DNA of 35,935 nt from a virus: positions 1 to 35,935 of the IMG/VR virus record IMGVR_UViG_3300035211_000022, one strand, 5' to 3'. A program made the translations under genes and the position numbers. Shown here one piece after another: positions 16,701-24,465 of this stretch. The notes under the pieces are model-generated. The model searched no databases. It had not been told where the DNA came from and worked only from the letters and a program-made list of their open reading frames with translations. Position 1 is the first letter of the stretch, and each line of letters opens with the position of its first letter.

Positions 16701-17106
16701 AGACTCAGGCACCACGGCAGCCGCAACGCCGCCGCCGGCCGGCTCGAACAGGACGGCCGGGCGGCCTTCCCAGTACACGAATGTTGAAACTGCAGACAAG
16801 TCCATTGGATTCACCTCTAACGAAAGTTTAGCACAAACTAGACGAATTATTAACGATGAACAATTGCGCCGTGCGGTCGACCCCCTGGCAGACGATCCAG
16901 CCCTCCCGCCGGAAGTCCTGGAGCGTGAAATGGCCCAGGTGCGCGAGCTGCTGGAGCGCGGGGATATCGACCTGCCGGACGAGATCCGCATTAACCCCGA
17001 CACCGGCGACGAGGAAATGGTAGTACGATCGGCGCGAGAAATCTTTGAAGAATTGGACCGCCAGGAGAAAACCCTGGCAGAGATCATCCCATGCGTGAGG
17101 GGCTGA
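13744..17106 (+). CDS. Polyvalent internal virion / ejection protein (1120-aa ORF) with ParB-like and RelA/SpoT-like modules
   Basis: GGAG lies 7 nt upstream and the start overlaps the upstream stop. It has glycine-zipper/TM-like segments, the FVVDGHQRLGLAKRL motif and an alarmone-synthetase-like motif series. The 3' 530 nt are anomalous (see findings). Confidence 0.7.
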   Translation: MTFSVFEDDYQKVIREAEQTQHATRRDAAATFGEVYGAAYDAFVSEDQSTSRMNHWQEHLRPRSRKAGELLGVDPEEAEDLGSYYYSLTRKDDPLAKSVRELYDSGQVTYDPGTNTLKANSPRARWWLNGYTGRADYSKYFRAYAQVQQARKIDPTMASDEQIASQVMEKAKKIREEAAATMQRGRGASGVLGQFAGIAAGAMTDPVVIATLPLGYGTVQAGKTTTGTLLNVGKAMGVEGLVEMGIEGALIQPSVYEFKQEIGSPYGAKEYIQNVLAAGAGAAAFRGVLEGGVQGYKSWLKSYKAAKGNDATAQAVGRFIDELEKSRLNDTPDAQDAHIAAIDKAVEDVRQGRTADVQHIVEEHVPRETAAQRPVEGVERVRAADLDTDAARFQYKSGADAQGVTERLEGVTEWDDRLAGISLFYEDADGKLFVVDGHQRLGLAKRLDPDNIELTGYRMRAADGVTPEQARVVAAIKNIAEGSGRAIDAAKVLRDTGNLDRLPQLPPKSALVRQAQGLSRLSDDAFMQVVNDVVPERYAAIIGDSLPDPAEQAAAIQVLAKAQPANETQARAMVQQVKAAGFERQVTADLFGEREIAESLVGEKARVIDEATKRLRTDKRLFKSLVDNQSRIENGGNVLEHAYNLEVANDAQSALEALGRLAYSRGPVADALTDAARAVKAGKRPASVLPDFLARVRDALAVGNEPGIAPGGPGRGGQGPRFVRGGSASNDAVVPRPRVGDPVVRTSLSLEQWANAEDAFKRGQPFTSIDDIYRGAEANQRTLAAFGDRLTKEIDGVEFIDPGVKKKAATKAKMKAKRKEAWEITDVVRGGFKVDTPDAADAVASRLAQEFEILDESWNTNGAGYFDRKLMVRLKDGTVAEVQMWEPNMLRAKEELGGHLLYEQQRALMQGGKVPPDALAEFNRLNDEMVKLYSDAMARASDDWAQASGKSPASSSTAAKASTKSASSTMRPESRTSAGLTSSQAPDSGTTAAATPPPAGSNRTAGRPSQYTNVETADKSIGFTSNESLAQTRRIINDEQLRRAVDPLADDPALPPEVLEREMAQVRELLERGDIDLPDEIRINPDTGDEEMVVRSAREIFEELDRQEKTLAEIIPCVRG
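16578..16805 (-). CDS. Nested antisense ORF encoding a 75-aa acidic protein
   Basis: ATG (16805-16803) lies 5 nt after GAGGTG. A promoter-like element is upstream. G occupies codon position 1 in about 47/75 codons (hand count). The sequence MDLSAVSTFVYWEGRPAVLFEP...EEADFVEAFAAVLEDAGDLPEA looks globular. Confidence 0.5.
   Translation of the reverse strand: MDLSAVSTFVYWEGRPAVLFEPAGGGVAAAVVPESGAWELVNPADVLDSGRIVEEADFVEAFAAVLEDAGDLPEA
16825..16853 (-). promoter_or_regulatory. Candidate promoter for the nested antisense ORF: TTAATA-N17-TGcTAAACT (read on the minus strand)
   Basis: The -10 is at 16825-16830 and the -35 at 16848-16853, inside an AT-rich island. It shares the GTGCTA core with leftward early promoters P1 and P2. 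Confidence 0.4.
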
Positions 17107-17107
17107 C

Positions 17108-19558
17108 ATGGCCAACATCGACGATTGCCTGAAAGGGGCCACAGACAAAAAGACGGCGGAGCAGCTGGGGCTGGAGCTGACCCACACCGCGGACGGGTTC
17201 AGGGCCCGTTTCACCGCCTCTGGCGCCTATCCGCTGGGGCAGGCAGAGAAGATGGCCCAGGAGGCGGCCCTGGCAGCGAAAGCGGCCGACATCGCCCGGG
17301 TGCGCCGTCAGAAGGGGCTGCAGACGCTTGCCATGCACCGGGCCATGCTGCAGGTCAAGGAGCACCCCAGCGGGATCCAGACCGGGATCATGTCGCTGCT
17401 AGTGAAAGACCTTGGGGGCCGGGCCGGCTTCTCCAATGTCGACTTTCGCGCCAAGGCGATCCTGGGCCAGTACCATGCACACTTCGCCGAGGGGCTGCAG
17501 AAGCTGAGAACTACCCTGTTTGGGCTTCGGCAGGACAGCGAGCTGGCCCGTAAAGTCGTTCGTGAGGTATTCGGCGAAAACAGCGGCGACGATCAGGCCC
17601 GGGGCATCGCCAAGGCCTGGGCTGACACCGCCGAGGAGGCGCGGGCTCGGTTCAATCAGGCTGGAGGGGCGATCCCCCGGCGGCAGGACTGGGGGCTGCC
17701 ACAGGTCCATGACAACCTGCTGGTGGGGAAGGCCACCCGCGAGGAGTGGACGCGCTTTGTCGATGATCTGGTCGACCACGAAAAGATCCTTGACGTCGAC
17801 GGGCGGCCCATGGGCGACCTTGAGCGGCAGTTAATGCTGGATCGCATGTATGACACGATCCGCACCGACGGCCTTTCTGATATCGTCGCCGAGGGGCGCG
17901 GCCGCATGGGGGTGGACGGCGCCGGGCTGGCGAACCGCCACCGCGATCACCGTGTCCTGGTCTTCAAGGATGCCGACTCCTGGATGAAGTACATGGACCG
18001 ATTCGGCCCCAAGGATGTCTATGCAACCATGACCGATCACCTGCACCGGATGGCGCAGGAAACCGCCCTGATGGAGATCATGGGGCCCAACCCGCACAGC
18101 ACCTACCGCTATCTGCGTGACTACGCCCTCACCCAGGGCATGGGCGAGAAGTCGGCTTGGTTCCTGGACAACGTATTTGATGAGGTGACAGGCCGGATCA
18201 ACGCGGCGCGCAGCGCCACGCTGGCCGACTTTGGCAAGTCCGTGCGCAACTTCCTTGCCGCCTCCAAGCTGGGCGCCGCCATGCTGTCCGCCCTGTCGGA
18301 CATCGCCTTTGTGAACAGGACCGCAGCCTGGAATGGGCTCCCCTACACCCGGATCTTCCGCCGCCAGCTGTCGCTGCTCAACCCCGCCAATGAGGCCGAT
18401 CGCCTGTTCGCCGTGCGCCAGGGGCTGATCGCGGACGCCTGGGTTACCCGCGCCCTGGCGGCCAACCGCTTCACTGAGGTTACCGGCGCCGACTGGACGG
18501 CCCGGCTGGCAGACTTCACCATGCGGGCATCTGGCATGAATGCCTGGACTGATGCCGGGAAAAAGGCCTTCGGGATGGAGTTCCAGGCATTCCTGGCGGA
18601 CAACGCAGACAAGGCGCTGGCCCAGCTCCCGGCCCCGATGAAACGCGCCTTTAAGCGGCACGGGATCACCGGCGAAATGTGGGACGCGGTACGCCTGGGC
18701 GACTCCTTCATTGATCACGAGGGGGCGCGGTTCTTCTCGCCCGATCGCGTCATGCAGCGGGCCGACCTGGAGGAGGGGGTGAAAAAGGACTTTGCCGCCA
18801 AGTTCCAGGAAATGATCCTGACCGAAACCAACTACGCCGTGCCCGAGCCTGACAGCAGGGCCATGGCGATCGTCCACATGGGCACCCAGCGCGGATCTGT
18901 TGTCGGCGAGCTGTGGCGCGGCGGCATGCTGTTTAAGACCTTCCCGATCACCGCGATCACCAACCACATGTACCGCGGGGCGCTGGCTACCGGGCTCAAG
19001 AGCAAGGCCCACTATCTGGCCATGATCACGATTTCCACCACCACCCTGGGGGCCCTGGCGCTGCAGCTCAAGGATATTTCCAAGGGCAGGGATCCCCGGC
19101 CCATGGACGATCCCAAGTTTTGGGCGGCGGCCTTCGTCCAGGGCGGTGGTGCCGGCATCTACGGCGATTTCCTCTTTTCTGACGTGAACCGCTTTGGCCA
19201 GGGCCCATACAAGACCTTTACCAGCGGGCCGATGGGCGAGCTGATCGATCAGTCGATCGGGCTCACCTACGGCAATGTGCAGCAGATGATCAAGGGCGAG
19301 GACGCCAACGTGGCAGGCGACGTGGTGGGGTTCGCCCGTCGATACTCGCCCGGGATCTCGCTCTGGTACACGCGCCTAGCCTACGAGCGATTGGTACTTG
19401 ATCAGCTGGAAGAGCTGGCCGACGGAAGCGCCGCCAGGGCGCGCTGGAGCCGCAGAGAGTCTAAAATGCTTCGTGAATACGGCAGCCGCTACTGGTGGGA
19501 ATCAGGGGAAGCCGCCCCGGATCGCGCCCCCGACATTGGAAACATTACCGGAGAATAA
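17108..19558 (+). CDS. Internal virion / ejection protein (816 aa)
   Basis: GAGGGG SD upstream. The C-terminal region has TM/Gly-rich segments (..FVQGGGAGIYGDFLFSD..). It is the fourth large ORF of the core block. Confidence 0.65.
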   Translation: MANIDDCLKGATDKKTAEQLGLELTHTADGFRARFTASGAYPLGQAEKMAQEAALAAKAADIARVRRQKGLQTLAMHRAMLQVKEHPSGIQTGIMSLLVKDLGGRAGFSNVDFRAKAILGQYHAHFAEGLQKLRTTLFGLRQDSELARKVVREVFGENSGDDQARGIAKAWADTAEEARARFNQAGGAIPRRQDWGLPQVHDNLLVGKATREEWTRFVDDLVDHEKILDVDGRPMGDLERQLMLDRMYDTIRTDGLSDIVAEGRGRMGVDGAGLANRHRDHRVLVFKDADSWMKYMDRFGPKDVYATMTDHLHRMAQETALMEIMGPNPHSTYRYLRDYALTQGMGEKSAWFLDNVFDEVTGRINAARSATLADFGKSVRNFLAASKLGAAMLSALSDIAFVNRTAAWNGLPYTRIFRRQLSLLNPANEADRLFAVRQGLIADAWVTRALAANRFTEVTGADWTARLADFTMRASGMNAWTDAGKKAFGMEFQAFLADNADKALAQLPAPMKRAFKRHGITGEMWDAVRLGDSFIDHEGARFFSPDRVMQRADLEEGVKKDFAAKFQEMILTETNYAVPEPDSRAMAIVHMGTQRGSVVGELWRGGMLFKTFPITAITNHMYRGALATGLKSKAHYLAMITISTTTLGALALQLKDISKGRDPRPMDDPKFWAAAFVQGGGAGIYGDFLFSDVNRFGQGPYKTFTSGPMGELIDQSIGLTYGNVQQMIKGEDANVAGDVVGFARRYSPGISLWYTRLAYERLVLDQLEELADGSAARARWSRRESKMLREYGSRYWWESGEAAPDRAPDIGNITGE

Positions 19559-19561
19559 GCC

Positions 19562-21859
19562 ATGACTGAGTTGACGATCACCGACGTTACCCCGCGGATC
19601 CAGTATGCGGCCAACGCTGCTCAGGTGGACTTCACCATCCCGTTCAAGTTCTACGCCGACGAGGATCTGAAAGTCTACCTTACTCCTGTGGGGCAGGAGG
19701 CCGACGAGGCGGCCGACATTCTGACCATCACCACCGATTACACGGTGACCGGCGCAGGGGTAGAAGATGGCACCCGCAAGATCACCCTCACCAGCGGCGC
19801 CACCGAGGACGACGTGATCACCATCCGGCGCGATCTTCCGGTCAAGCGCCTTTCCGACTACTCGGATGTTGGGGACTTCCTGGCGGAGACGGTCAATGCG
19901 GACCTGGACAAGGCGATCATGATGATCCAGCAGCTCGAGGACTACATGGAAAACCGGGTACTGCGCCTCGCCGAGTCCAACCGTTTGCTGGCGCTTAATC
20001 TTGTCATCCCCGATCCCAACGGGCATGACGGCGAGTTTCTGCGCATCACCTCTGACGGCACAGCCCTTGAATGGGAGCCGGTCGACGCCGACGCGCTGAC
20101 CGCAGCCATCGCTGCCGCCCAGGCTGCCCAGTCGGCAGCTGAGACGGCCCAAGGCTTGGCTGAGGATGCCCAGGCGGCGGCTGAGACGGCAGAAACCAAC
20201 GCGGCTTCTTCTGCCTCGAGTGCCGAGGCCTATTCTGATATTGCAGCCGAGGCGGCAAGCAACCTTTCCGGGCTGGCCAAAGTTGGGTATGTGATCGAAA
20301 GCGCGGTGAATGCCTACCGGGCGGTAGAGTTCTACGCCTCCGCACACGCCCTGGACGTGGCGGACACAAGCCCCAAGGATCTGGAGGTTAGCCCCGATGA
20401 AACGCACCTGTACATCGTCGCCAGCGGCGCGGATAAGGTGCTGCAGTACGATATGACTGTGCCCGGAAACCCGCGATCCTCCGTGTTTGTTGGCGAGCTG
20501 GACGTGTCGGGCCAGGACGGGCTGCCCTATGGGGTGCGGATTAACTCAGATGGAACAAAGCTTTTCGTCTCTGGTGATACCAACAACACGATTTTTGCCT
20601 ATGACCTTTCAACGCCATGGGATATCACCACCGCCTCCTACAACAGCGAGAGCCTGACCACGGCAACCGCCGTCAGCCTCCCGTCCTTCGCGTTTTCCAG
20701 TGACGGCACTTTCCTTGTGATTAACGACGAAAGCAGCAGTTCACTGCATGCCTACACCCTCAGTACCGCCTGGGATCTGTCGACGGCCACACTGCAGAGC
20801 GAGCTTTCACTGGGGTCGATCGGCGGCTATGGTGGCGAATCCATGTGGATGCACCCGGACGGCGACCTTATCGTGGTGCGGGATTACACCAACGGCGCCT
20901 ATTATATCGAGCTGTCCACCCCCAAAGACATCACCACCGCCGCGCTGCGTGACACGGTGCGACTGAAAGACGGGTTCGGGTCTACAAGGTGGTTCACCTT
21001 CAATAGCTCAGGGACGCGCCTCTATACTTCGGACGCTACCAGCGATCAGGTGCAATGCTTCCCTACTGGGGTTGACTATGAAATGGGCAGCGCAAAATAC
21101 ACCATGATCGCCGGGGCGCTGAACGCCTCGCCCTATGGGCTGTGGATCAGCCCCGACGGGAAACACCTATTCGTTGCCAGCGCAAGCACCGCGAGGATCT
21201 ACCACCACCCCATCGGGACCGCCTTTGATCTGTCCACGATGGGGATCTCGGATGCGGACTTTTCAACCTCATCGCAGACCTCGGTCCCGTCAAGTGTCGT
21301 CCTGTCGAACGACGGTAAAAAGATGTGGGTAGGCGCCACCACCGGCGGCGTGGTCGTTGAATATGACCTTAGCACCCCCTGGGATCTGACCACCGCCAGC
21401 TATAACAGCGTAACCCTGGACACTAGCACCCAGACAGCGGTGACAAACGTAATGATCGTGAGCCCGGACGGGGAAGACTTGTACGTTACATCAAACCTTA
21501 CCGGGACCACGCTGTGGCGCTATCACCTATCAACCGCATGGGATCTGTCTACCGCCAGCTATAATGACCTCTATGATTTTTCTGGAGGCATCACCGGCAC
21601 CCTGGAGCATGGGTTTTGGACCCCGGACGGCGATTATTTCTACGCCCTTGATTCTGCCGGGGCAATCTCAGAGTTTTACGCCTCCTCGCCATGGGACACG
21701 TCCACACTTAGCGCCACCGGCGCGTCCTGGACCTTCCCGAGCGGCGCCGCATCCTTGATGGGCTACGGGATCTATGTCGATCCCAGGGGCGAGTACCTGT
21801 TTCACGCCACGACGTCCAGGGGATTCAGGTACCCGATGCACGACATGCTTACTTGGTGA
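19562..21859 (+). CDS. Tail fibre / receptor-binding protein (765 aa): T7 gp17-like N-terminal adaptor, A/Q/E coiled region, C-terminal repeated beta-propeller-like domain
   Basis: N-terminus ..PRIQYAANAAQVDFTIPFKFYADEDLKVYL..VITIRRDLPVKRLSDY.. The C-terminal half repeats LSTxWDxSTA about seven times. Confidence 0.75.
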   Translation: MTELTITDVTPRIQYAANAAQVDFTIPFKFYADEDLKVYLTPVGQEADEAADILTITTDYTVTGAGVEDGTRKITLTSGATEDDVITIRRDLPVKRLSDYSDVGDFLAETVNADLDKAIMMIQQLEDYMENRVLRLAESNRLLALNLVIPDPNGHDGEFLRITSDGTALEWEPVDADALTAAIAAAQAAQSAAETAQGLAEDAQAAAETAETNAASSASSAEAYSDIAAEAASNLSGLAKVGYVIESAVNAYRAVEFYASAHALDVADTSPKDLEVSPDETHLYIVASGADKVLQYDMTVPGNPRSSVFVGELDVSGQDGLPYGVRINSDGTKLFVSGDTNNTIFAYDLSTPWDITTASYNSESLTTATAVSLPSFAFSSDGTFLVINDESSSSLHAYTLSTAWDLSTATLQSELSLGSIGGYGGESMWMHPDGDLIVVRDYTNGAYYIELSTPKDITTAALRDTVRLKDGFGSTRWFTFNSSGTRLYTSDATSDQVQCFPTGVDYEMGSAKYTMIAGALNASPYGLWISPDGKHLFVASASTARIYHHPIGTAFDLSTMGISDADFSTSSQTSVPSSVVLSNDGKKMWVGATTGGVVVEYDLSTPWDLTTASYNSVTLDTSTQTAVTNVMIVSPDGEDLYVTSNLTGTTLWRYHLSTAWDLSTASYNDLYDFSGGITGTLEHGFWTPDGDYFYALDSAGAISEFYASSPWDTSTLSATGASWTFPSGAASLMGYGIYVDPRGEYLFHATTSRGFRYPMHDMLTW

Positions 21860-21885
21860 CAGATGGCCACCTGGAGGGGCGGCAG

Positions 21886-22188
21886 ATGGACGAAGAAACC
21901 AGACTCAGGAAACTAGAGCTGATCGTAGCCGAGAACACGGCGACGATGCGGGCTTACATGAGGATGGCGGAGCGACGCGAGAGGGCCCAGGAGCAGATCA
22001 ACGCCAAGCTGTTCGAGCTTGCGGCCCGCAACAATGAGGTGGTTCACGGGCGCGGGGAGGCGCCAGGCTTAAAGGGCCGCCTGGATCGTGTGGAGCAGAG
22101 GCACAAGATCGTGGCATTCATCGCCGGCTCTGCCTTTGTCGCCTGGGTCGCCAGAGTTATCGAATGGGCGGCGAGCAACATGAAGTAG
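21886..22188 (+). CDS. Coiled-coil protein with a C-terminal TM segment (100 aa), possible lysis-associated or holin-like protein
   Basis: ATG 21886 follows GGAGGGG. C-terminal segment IVAFIAGSAFVAWVARVI. Function unknown. Confidence 0.55.
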   Translation: MDEETRLRKLELIVAENTATMRAYMRMAERRERAQEQINAKLFELAARNNEVVHGRGEAPGLKGRLDRVEQRHKIVAFIAGSAFVAWVARVIEWAASNMK

Positions 22189-22197
22189 GAGGACACC

Positions 22198-22659
22198 ATG
22201 ATTAAATGCAAGCTGATCCGCTATGGCAGTACCCCCATGGGCACGTTCGGGGAGCTGCACGTTGCCGGGCACAGGTTTTTCACGGTTGAACGGCCGTGGC
22301 TCAACAATGAGCCGTTCGTCTCATGCGTCCCGGCCGGGCTCTACGCGCTGGAGGCGCACGATTCGCAGAGCCACCCGGACGTATGGGCGCTGGTGAACCA
22401 CTCGCTTGGGGTCTACCACTTCGACCACCCGGACGCCATCCGCACCGCGATCCTGATCCACGTCGCCAATGTGGCGAGCGAGCTGGCGGGCTGCATTGCC
22501 CCTGGAACTGGCCAAGGCTGCCCCTATGGGAAATGGGGGGTGACCCATTCAGGCGACGCGATCGACAAGCTGCGCGAGATCCTGGACGGCGAGGAGGCCC
22601 AGCTGGAGATCGTCTGGCAGCAGCACGGGGACCGCGTGGCCACCGAGGGGGCTCTATGA
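22198..22659 (+). CDS. DUF5675-like protein in the endolysin slot (153 aa), putative cell-wall hydrolase
   Basis: The pattern ..GTFGEL..ERPWLNNEPFVSCVPAGLY..ILIHVANVASELAGCIAPG.. matches the DUF5675 family as recalled. Position is immediately before the holin and spanins. Confidence 0.65.
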   Translation: MIKCKLIRYGSTPMGTFGELHVAGHRFFTVERPWLNNEPFVSCVPAGLYALEAHDSQSHPDVWALVNHSLGVYHFDHPDAIRTAILIHVANVASELAGCIAPGTGQGCPYGKWGVTHSGDAIDKLREILDGEEAQLEIVWQQHGDRVATEGAL

Positions 22660-22874
22660 ACAAGCAGACGCACCTGGACCTTGCCGAGGTCATCAACGCC
22701 TATCGGGTTATCCCGCGCCTCATGCTCGCCCTGTACGGCTATATGTGCCTCGACGCCTACCAGATCGCCATGATGGCCACCGCCACCGATCACCAAGTCG
22801 CTTTCGCGCAGGTTATTTGGGGGGCCGGCGCTGTGTGGTTCACCGCCTACGCGGCGACGGGGAACAAGCGATGA
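22656..22874 (+). CDS. Holin, two predicted TM segments (72 aa)
   Basis: ATGA overlap with the upstream gene. Hydrophobic stretches RLMLALYGYMCLDAYQIAMMA and AFAQVIWGAGAVWFTAYAA. Confidence 0.65.
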   Translation: MNKQTHLDLAEVINAYRVIPRLMLALYGYMCLDAYQIAMMATATDHQVAFAQVIWGAGAVWFTAYAATGNKR

Positions 22875-23167
22875 AGCCGGTCTATTGGCTCATCGGCGGC
22901 CTCATCGTCGCTCTGCTGCTCTTGGGTGGCGGGGCTTACGGTGGGTACCAGTATGCCACCAAAAAGGCGAGGGCCGAGCAGGTGGATGCCGTGACGGCCT
23001 ATGTTGACGCGCTGCGCGACATGCAAAATGAGCTTGCAGAGGAGCGCCGGAAAATTAAGGTGGAATACCGTGAAAAAATCGAATCCGTCCACACTGCCCC
23101 TGATCCTACTGGCTGCCTTGGGACTACCATTGATCCTGGCGTCCTGCAGCAGCTCCGCGCCGATTAA
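22871..23167 (+). CDS. i-spanin (Rz-like, 98 aa)
   Basis: ATGA overlap with the upstream gene. N-terminal TM (VYWLIGGLIVALLLLGGGAYGG) followed by a charged helical periplasmic region. Confidence 0.7.
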   Translation: MKPVYWLIGGLIVALLLLGGGAYGGYQYATKKARAEQVDAVTAYVDALRDMQNELAEERRKIKVEYREKIESVHTAPDPTGCLGTTIDPGVLQQLRAD

Positions 23168-23297
23168 GCCAGTCCTGCAGGAGTGCGACAAGCCAGAGCT
23201 GGTCGGGGACACGTACCGCGATCTGATTGAGGCCTACTTGCGCCGCGGGGAAGCCATCGACGTATGCAACGCCGGGATCAGAAAGGCCATGGAATAA
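23070..23297 (+). CDS. o-spanin lipoprotein (Rz1-like, 75 aa), overlapping the i-spanin 3' end in another frame
   Basis: GTG 23070 lies 6 nt after AAGGTGG. Lipobox LILASC follows a signal-like segment. Confidence 0.65.
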   Translation: MKKSNPSTLPLILLAALGLPLILASCSSSAPIKPVLQECDKPELVGDTYRDLIEAYLRRGEAIDVCNAGIRKAME

Positions 23298-23322
23298 AAA
23301 ACCCCCGGCGGCAACAGGGGGT
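23295..23322 (-). terminator. Rho-independent terminator for the leftward SSB operon
   Basis: Stem ACCCCC/GGGGGT (23301-23306 / 23317-23322) with a 10-nt loop. Read on the minus strand it is followed by TTTTT. The stem is short. Confidence 0.5.
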
Positions 23323-23397
23323 GTGGGGGTGTGAGAGAGTGCCGCCGAGGGAACAAACACGGTTTAAGTATCGGCCCTCCTTCGTGTGGTGTAAAGC

Positions 23398-23901
23398 CTA
23401 AAACGGAATATCGTCATCGAAGTCATCAAAGTTTGACCCTCCGACAGGCTCCTGGGACGCTTGTTGCTGTGGCGCCTGTGGGGCGCCCTGTTGCCGTTGC
23501 CCACCCTGGGGCGCGCTACCAGACGGCTGACCCTGAGATCGTCCACCCTGGCCGCCCTGGCCGCCCTTTCCGCCCAGCATCTGCATATCCACCACCCTAA
23601 TCTCGGTGGTGTAGCGGTCAATCCCGTTGGAGTCCTGCCATTTGCGAGTCCTCAGCTTGCCCTCAATGTAAACCTGGGAGCCCTTACGCAGGTACTCGCC
23701 GATGATCTCCGCGGTGCGTTTGAAGGCGACGCAGCGGTGCCACTCGGTGGCCTCCTGCTTCTGCCCGCTCTGCCTGTCGGTCCACTGTTCCGTGGTGGCC
23801 ACCGAGAAGTTGGCCACCGCATCGCCGCCCTGGGTGTATTTCACCTCTGGATCCTGTCCCAGGAAGCCAACCAGAATCACCTTGTTGATACCCTTTGCCA
23901 T
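23398..23901 (-). CDS. ssb: Single-stranded DNA-binding protein (167 aa)
   Basis: [26 protein letters not shown].. OB-fold signature, a G/Q-rich linker and an acidic tail [16 protein letters not shown] upstream. Confidence 0.93.
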   Translation of the reverse strand: MAKGINKVILVGFLGQDPEVKYTQGGDAVANFSVATTEQWTDRQSGQKQEATEWHRCVAFKRTAEIIGEYLRKGSQVYIEGKLRTRKWQDSNGIDRYTTEIRVVDMQMLGGKGGQGGQGGRSQGQPSGSAPQGGQRQQGAPQAPQQQASQEPVGGSNFDDFDDDIPF

Positions 23902-23903
23902 GC

Positions 23904-24224
23904 CTATCTCCCGAATGTGACGCGGAAGCCGCCCCACAATGTGTTGAGCCCGCGATCCCTATCCTGCAGGGCGCTAATGTGCTCCGCCTCGATGAATAGC
24001 CCGTTGTCCAGCTGATAGCCGCCTGCCAGCTTTCCCAGCTCCTGGGCCATGCCTGGGGAGCCGTTGCACCACTCCACATCGTGACAGTCGTCATAGGGAG
24101 CATTGTGGATTCCCACTGCGCCCTCAAGGTAAAACTCCCCGGCCCGGGCATCGGACAGCGCCAGGGTCCAGGCGGCAATTAGGGCCACGGCCGCGATCAC
24201 GGCCCACAGCGTTTGTTTATCCAT
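23904..24224 (-). CDS. Secreted/membrane small protein with an N-terminal signal peptide (106 aa)
   Basis: [23 protein letters not shown] signal-like segment. The C-terminal strands (..[26 protein letters not shown]) are reminiscent of outer-membrane beta-barrel termini. Confidence 0.6.
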   Translation of the reverse strand: MDKQTLWAVIAAVALIAAWTLALSDARAGEFYLEGAVGIHNAPYDDCHDVEWCNGSPGMAQELGKLAGGYQLDNGLFIEAEHISALQDRDRGLNTLWGGFRVTFGR

Positions 24225-24465
24225 CGATCGCCTCCAGAAATTTGATCATGTCCGCCTCTATCTCGTTCACCTGGCCGTCGTCCATCAATATCACGGCGGT
24301 GGTATAGGGTCCTGGCCCGTTTTCAAACTCCTCATAACTTAGGCCGAACTGCAGAAATGTCGCCTCGCCAGTGGTTATGCGAAACCACGGTGCAGCCATG
24401 CCATATTTTGGTGTCGGACCCTTGGCGCGCCGCTGAATCTCCACCTTTTTGCCCTGTAATTCCAC
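24217..24465 (-). CDS. Hypothetical protein (82 aa)
   Basis: ORF tiled in the leftward operon, overlapping the next gene by 8 nt. Confidence 0.55.
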   Translation of the reverse strand: MELQGKKVEIQRRAKGPTPKYGMAAPWFRITTGEATFLQFGLSYEEFENGPGPYTTAVILMDDGQVNEIEADMIKFLEAIDG

